Positions 54,212 to 56,761 of a DNA stretch of 56,761 nt are shown piece after piece. Below the pieces are notes generated by a model. That model did no database searches, was not told the DNA's origin, and saw nothing but the letters and a program-made list of their open reading frames with translations. Each line of letters starts with the position of its first letter. Position 1 is the first letter of the stretch. This stretch comes from an uncultured Candidatus Saccharibacteria bacterium (GTDB lineage: Bacteria; Patescibacteriota; Minisyncoccia; Phycocordibacterales; GCA-2401445): NCBI GenBank assembly GCA_964436015.1, contig CAYTAR010000007.1:1-56761 (forward strand), given 5' to 3'. The translations under genes and the position numbers were made by a program.

Positions 54212-56347
54212 ATGCAAAAAACATCGTACACTCTTGAGATTGGCAGTAAAACACTTACTGCTGAGTTTATTGATCTTGCTGATCAAGCGCATGGAAGCGT
54301 ATTACTCCGCTATGGAAACTCTGCAGTGCTCGCAACGGCAGTTATGAACCCTGAAACAAGGGAAGGTCAGGGCTTCTTTCCACTCACGGTTGAATTTGAA
54401 GAGCGCTTTTATGCAGCAGGTAAGATTGGAGGAAACAGATTTCAACGCCGTGAAGGACGACCCAGTGATGAGGCGATACTCTCAGCGCGTATTGTTGATC
54501 GAACAATCAGACCACTTTTTGAAAGCCATATTAGGAATGAAATACAAGTAATTATCACCGTACTCTCGATTGACCAAGATGATCCTGATGTACTTGGAGT
54601 AATTGCCTCTTCACTTGCTCTTGGGACATCACACATACCATGGAATGGTCCCGTTTCAGCGGTGCGCATTGGAAAGAGAAAGGAATCGTCAACACTTGAA
54701 GTAAATCCAACATATCTCTACCGAGACAATACAGATGCAGAATTTGAGCTTGTCGCTTGTGGCAAAGATGGGCGCATCAACATGATTGAGTTTGGTGGCA
54801 ACCAAATCCCAGAACAAGAAGCACTCCGCGCACTCAAGACAGCATCGATAGAGATTGAGAAAATTCAAGCGTGGCAACATAAAATAATCTCAGAACGAGG
54901 CAAAGCAAAAGCAATAATTCCAAAACCAACTGTCGCACCAGAAATAACTGCTCTTTTTGAAAAACACATACAACCAAAACTTGAGAACGCGGTCTTCTCG
55001 GGTCCAGGAAAAGAAGGAATTTATTCACTACATAAGGAATGGAAAAGCCTTTTTTCAGAACAGTTTCCTGATGCAGATAGTTATGTAAGAGAAGATCTTT
55101 TTGAAAGCTCAATAAACGACATACTGCACACAGAAGCGATACAGAATAATCGTCGCGCAGATGGAAGGAAGATGACTGAAGTACGCCCACTTTTCGCACA
55201 AGCTGGAGGTATTTCACCCATTATCCATGGCTCAGGTACTTTTTATCGTGGAGGAACGCATATTCTCTCTATAGCAACTTTAGGTGGCCCACAAGACAAA
55301 ATGACTCTTGAGAGTATTGAACACCAAGAAGAACGTGCGAAACGCTACATGCACCATTACAATTTTCCTCCATTTTCAGTAGGAGAAACGGGTAGAGTTG
55401 GTGGGTTTAATCGACGAATGATAGGTCACGGAGCTCTTGCTGAAAAAGCACTCGTTCCTGTTTTACCTCCTGTTGAAAAATTTCCCTATACTATTCGAGT
55501 AGTAAGTGAAGCAATGGCATCCAACGGCTCAACCTCTATGGGTTCCGTGTGCGGATCAACCCTTGCACTCATGGACGCTGGAGTTCCTATAACAGAGCCA
55601 GTTGCGGGCATTGCGTCTGGACTCATGATGCTTGATGAAAAAAACTACAAAGTTCTCACGGATATTCAGGGACCTGAGGACCATCACGGAGATATGGATT
55701 TTAAAGTCGCTGGAACTAAGAACGGTATTACCGCAATACAAATGGATGTAAAAGTAAACGGTATTCCACTAGAAATACTCACTGAAGCATTTGAACACGC
55801 ACGCCTCGCAAGGCTACACATCATGGAAACATTGCTCTCAGCAATTCCTGAACCTAGAAAAAACATTTCTCCTAATGCTCCTAAAATTGTTTCTCTCACG
55901 ATAAAACCTGATCAAATAGGATTAGTTATCGGTGGTGGAGGAAAAACAATTAATGAAATACGCGAAAAAACCGGAACTGAAATAGATATTGAAGATTCAG
56001 GTGTAGTGTATATTACTGGGAAAGGGGAAGGTCCAGAAAAAGCCCGCGCCATTATTGAAGCAATGACCCACACCTACTCACGAGGGGAAAAGGTGCAAGG
56101 TGAAGTAGTTCGTATTGTTGAGTTTGGAGCATTTGTTAAAATTAGTTCAACAGCAGAGGCGTTACTTCATGTATCTGAAATTGCGCCATTTAGAATTGAA
56201 AAAACATCCGATGTTTTGCGTGTAGGTGAATCATTACCACTGATTGTGAAAGAAGTTGATGAAAAAGGCAGGGTAAAAGTTTCACTTAAAGACGCAGACC
56301 CAGAATATATGAAGAGAAAGGGAATAGAACCTAAACCTCGTTCATAA
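54212..56347 (+). CDS. pnp: Polyribonucleotide nucleotidyltransferase (PNPase)
   Basis: Two RNase PH domains, KH (IGGGGKTINEI) and S1 (GEVVRIVEFGAFVKI). A GAGGAGG Shine-Dalgarno lies upstream. Confidence 0.93.
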   Translation: MQKTSYTLEIGSKTLTAEFIDLADQAHGSVLLRYGNSAVLATAVMNPETREGQGFFPLTVEFEERFYAAGKIGGNRFQRREGRPSDEAILSARIVDRTIRPLFESHIRNEIQVIITVLSIDQDDPDVLGVIASSLALGTSHIPWNGPVSAVRIGKRKESSTLEVNPTYLYRDNTDAEFELVACGKDGRINMIEFGGNQIPEQEALRALKTASIEIEKIQAWQHKIISERGKAKAIIPKPTVAPEITALFEKHIQPKLENAVFSGPGKEGIYSLHKEWKSLFSEQFPDADSYVREDLFESSINDILHTEAIQNNRRADGRKMTEVRPLFAQAGGISPIIHGSGTFYRGGTHILSIATLGGPQDKMTLESIEHQEERAKRYMHHYNFPPFSVGETGRVGGFNRRMIGHGALAEKALVPVLPPVEKFPYTIRVVSEAMASNGSTSMGSVCGSTLALMDAGVPITEPVAGIASGLMMLDEKNYKVLTDIQGPEDHHGDMDFKVAGTKNGITAIQMDVKVNGIPLEILTEAFEHARLARLHIMETLLSAIPEPRKNISPNAPKIVSLTIKPDQIGLVIGGGGKTINEIREKTGTEIDIEDSGVVYITGKGEGPEKARAIIEAMTHTYSRGEKVQGEVVRIVEFGAFVKISSTAEALLHVSEIAPFRIEKTSDVLRVGESLPLIVKEVDEKGRVKVSLKDADPEYMKRKGIEPKPRS

Positions 56348-56418
56348 AAAAGCAAAATACACAGTAGTTATTAACGCACGAAATTGCGTACACTCTCACT
56401 GCACGGTATCCTATATAT

Positions 56419-56761
56419 ATGGATACTTCTGAAAATGAACAAATTGGTGTTTCTGGCGAGGATATTATAGAAAGAATAAAAAAAACTGAAGAACCTCAGG
56501 TAAAAAATACCAGCCAACCAAAAATCCCTCCTCCAACACCGACTAGTGGCACTGTTCGTCGTCTCCGAACATACGACGATGATCTTGCGCGTATCATGCG
56601 AAAAGAAAAACCGAGCGTGGTAAGTATTGCCATAAAAGAACAGGAACGCAAACGAGTCTTGAGCACACCACCTAAAACACCTATCGTTAAAAATGAAAAA
56701 CCACACCCAGCTCCAGCTCCAGCTCCAGCTCCAGCTCCAGCTCCAGCTCCAGCTCCAGCTC
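56419..56761 (+). CDS. 5'-partial view of a protein with a Pro-Ala repeat; it runs off the right edge
   Basis: My manual translation gives MDTSENEQIGVSGEDIIERIKKTEEPQ...KNEKPHPAPAPAPAPAP with no stop before the window end. It is missing from the ORF track for that reason. Confidence 0.55.
   Translation, partial: MDTSENEQIGVSGEDIIERIKKTEEPQVKNTSQPKIPPPTPTSGTVRRLRTYDDDLARIMRKEKPSVVSIAIKEQERKRVLSTPPKTPIVKNEKPHPAPAPAPAPAPAPAPAPA
56707..56761 (+). repeat. Hexanucleotide tandem repeat (ccagct), at least 9 units, truncated by the window edge
   Basis: Direct reading. It encodes (Pro-Ala)n in the frame of the partial CDS. Confidence 0.9.

Noticed and set aside
56371-56706. 111-aa minus-strand ORF at the right end
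   Set aside because: It is antisense to a more plausible plus-strand ORF (56419 onward) that continues in frame into the Pro-Ala repeat. Its own translation is Phe/Arg/Ser-rich and low-complexity.

Overview
This is a gene-dense 56.8-kb chromosomal segment. By inference it comes from a small-genome, CPR/Patescibacteria-like (Parcubacteria-type) bacterium that uses the standard code, since ORFs close on TAA, TAG and TGA. Most of the window is recognisable housekeeping: recJ, rnhA, HIT, pgk-tpiA, nusA, ppa, tig, rsmE, clpP, rny, hup, rsmA, a uvrD/pcrA-type helicase, mscS, cca, xth, xerC/D, rpsO and pnp. It also holds a DNA-uptake and type IV pilus set (a split ComEC, PilB, PilC and three pilin-like proteins including a 598-aa one). 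Several large secreted or membrane proteins of unknown function are present (LamG/beta-helix, a 1149-aa Ig/PKD-like protein, and a TrbL-like, discoidin and calcium-repeat cluster). I found no rRNA, CRISPR array, transposase or phage genes. The most unusual content is noncoding. Four tRNA genes (Gly-TCC, Pro-TGG, Gly-GCC, Arg-TCG; none encodes CCA) are each followed by homologous, hairpin-rich 120-420 nt modules. Each module carries an antisense copy of its own tRNA's T-loop and T-stem. In the Gly and Arg loci it ends in one or more sense copies of that tRNA's T-loop-to-acceptor 3' end. The antisense and sense blocks change with the host tRNA while the scaffold stays homologous. That pattern suggests a T-loop-targeting miniature mobile or structured-RNA element family rather than ordinary trailers. 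Other points are a large surface-protein gene broken by three same-direction frameshifts, a roughly 0.9-kb noncoding tract with 7-bp tandem repeats, recurring long palindromes, and DnaA-box-like motifs. All protein calls rest on motif recognition by eye. No database search was possible.
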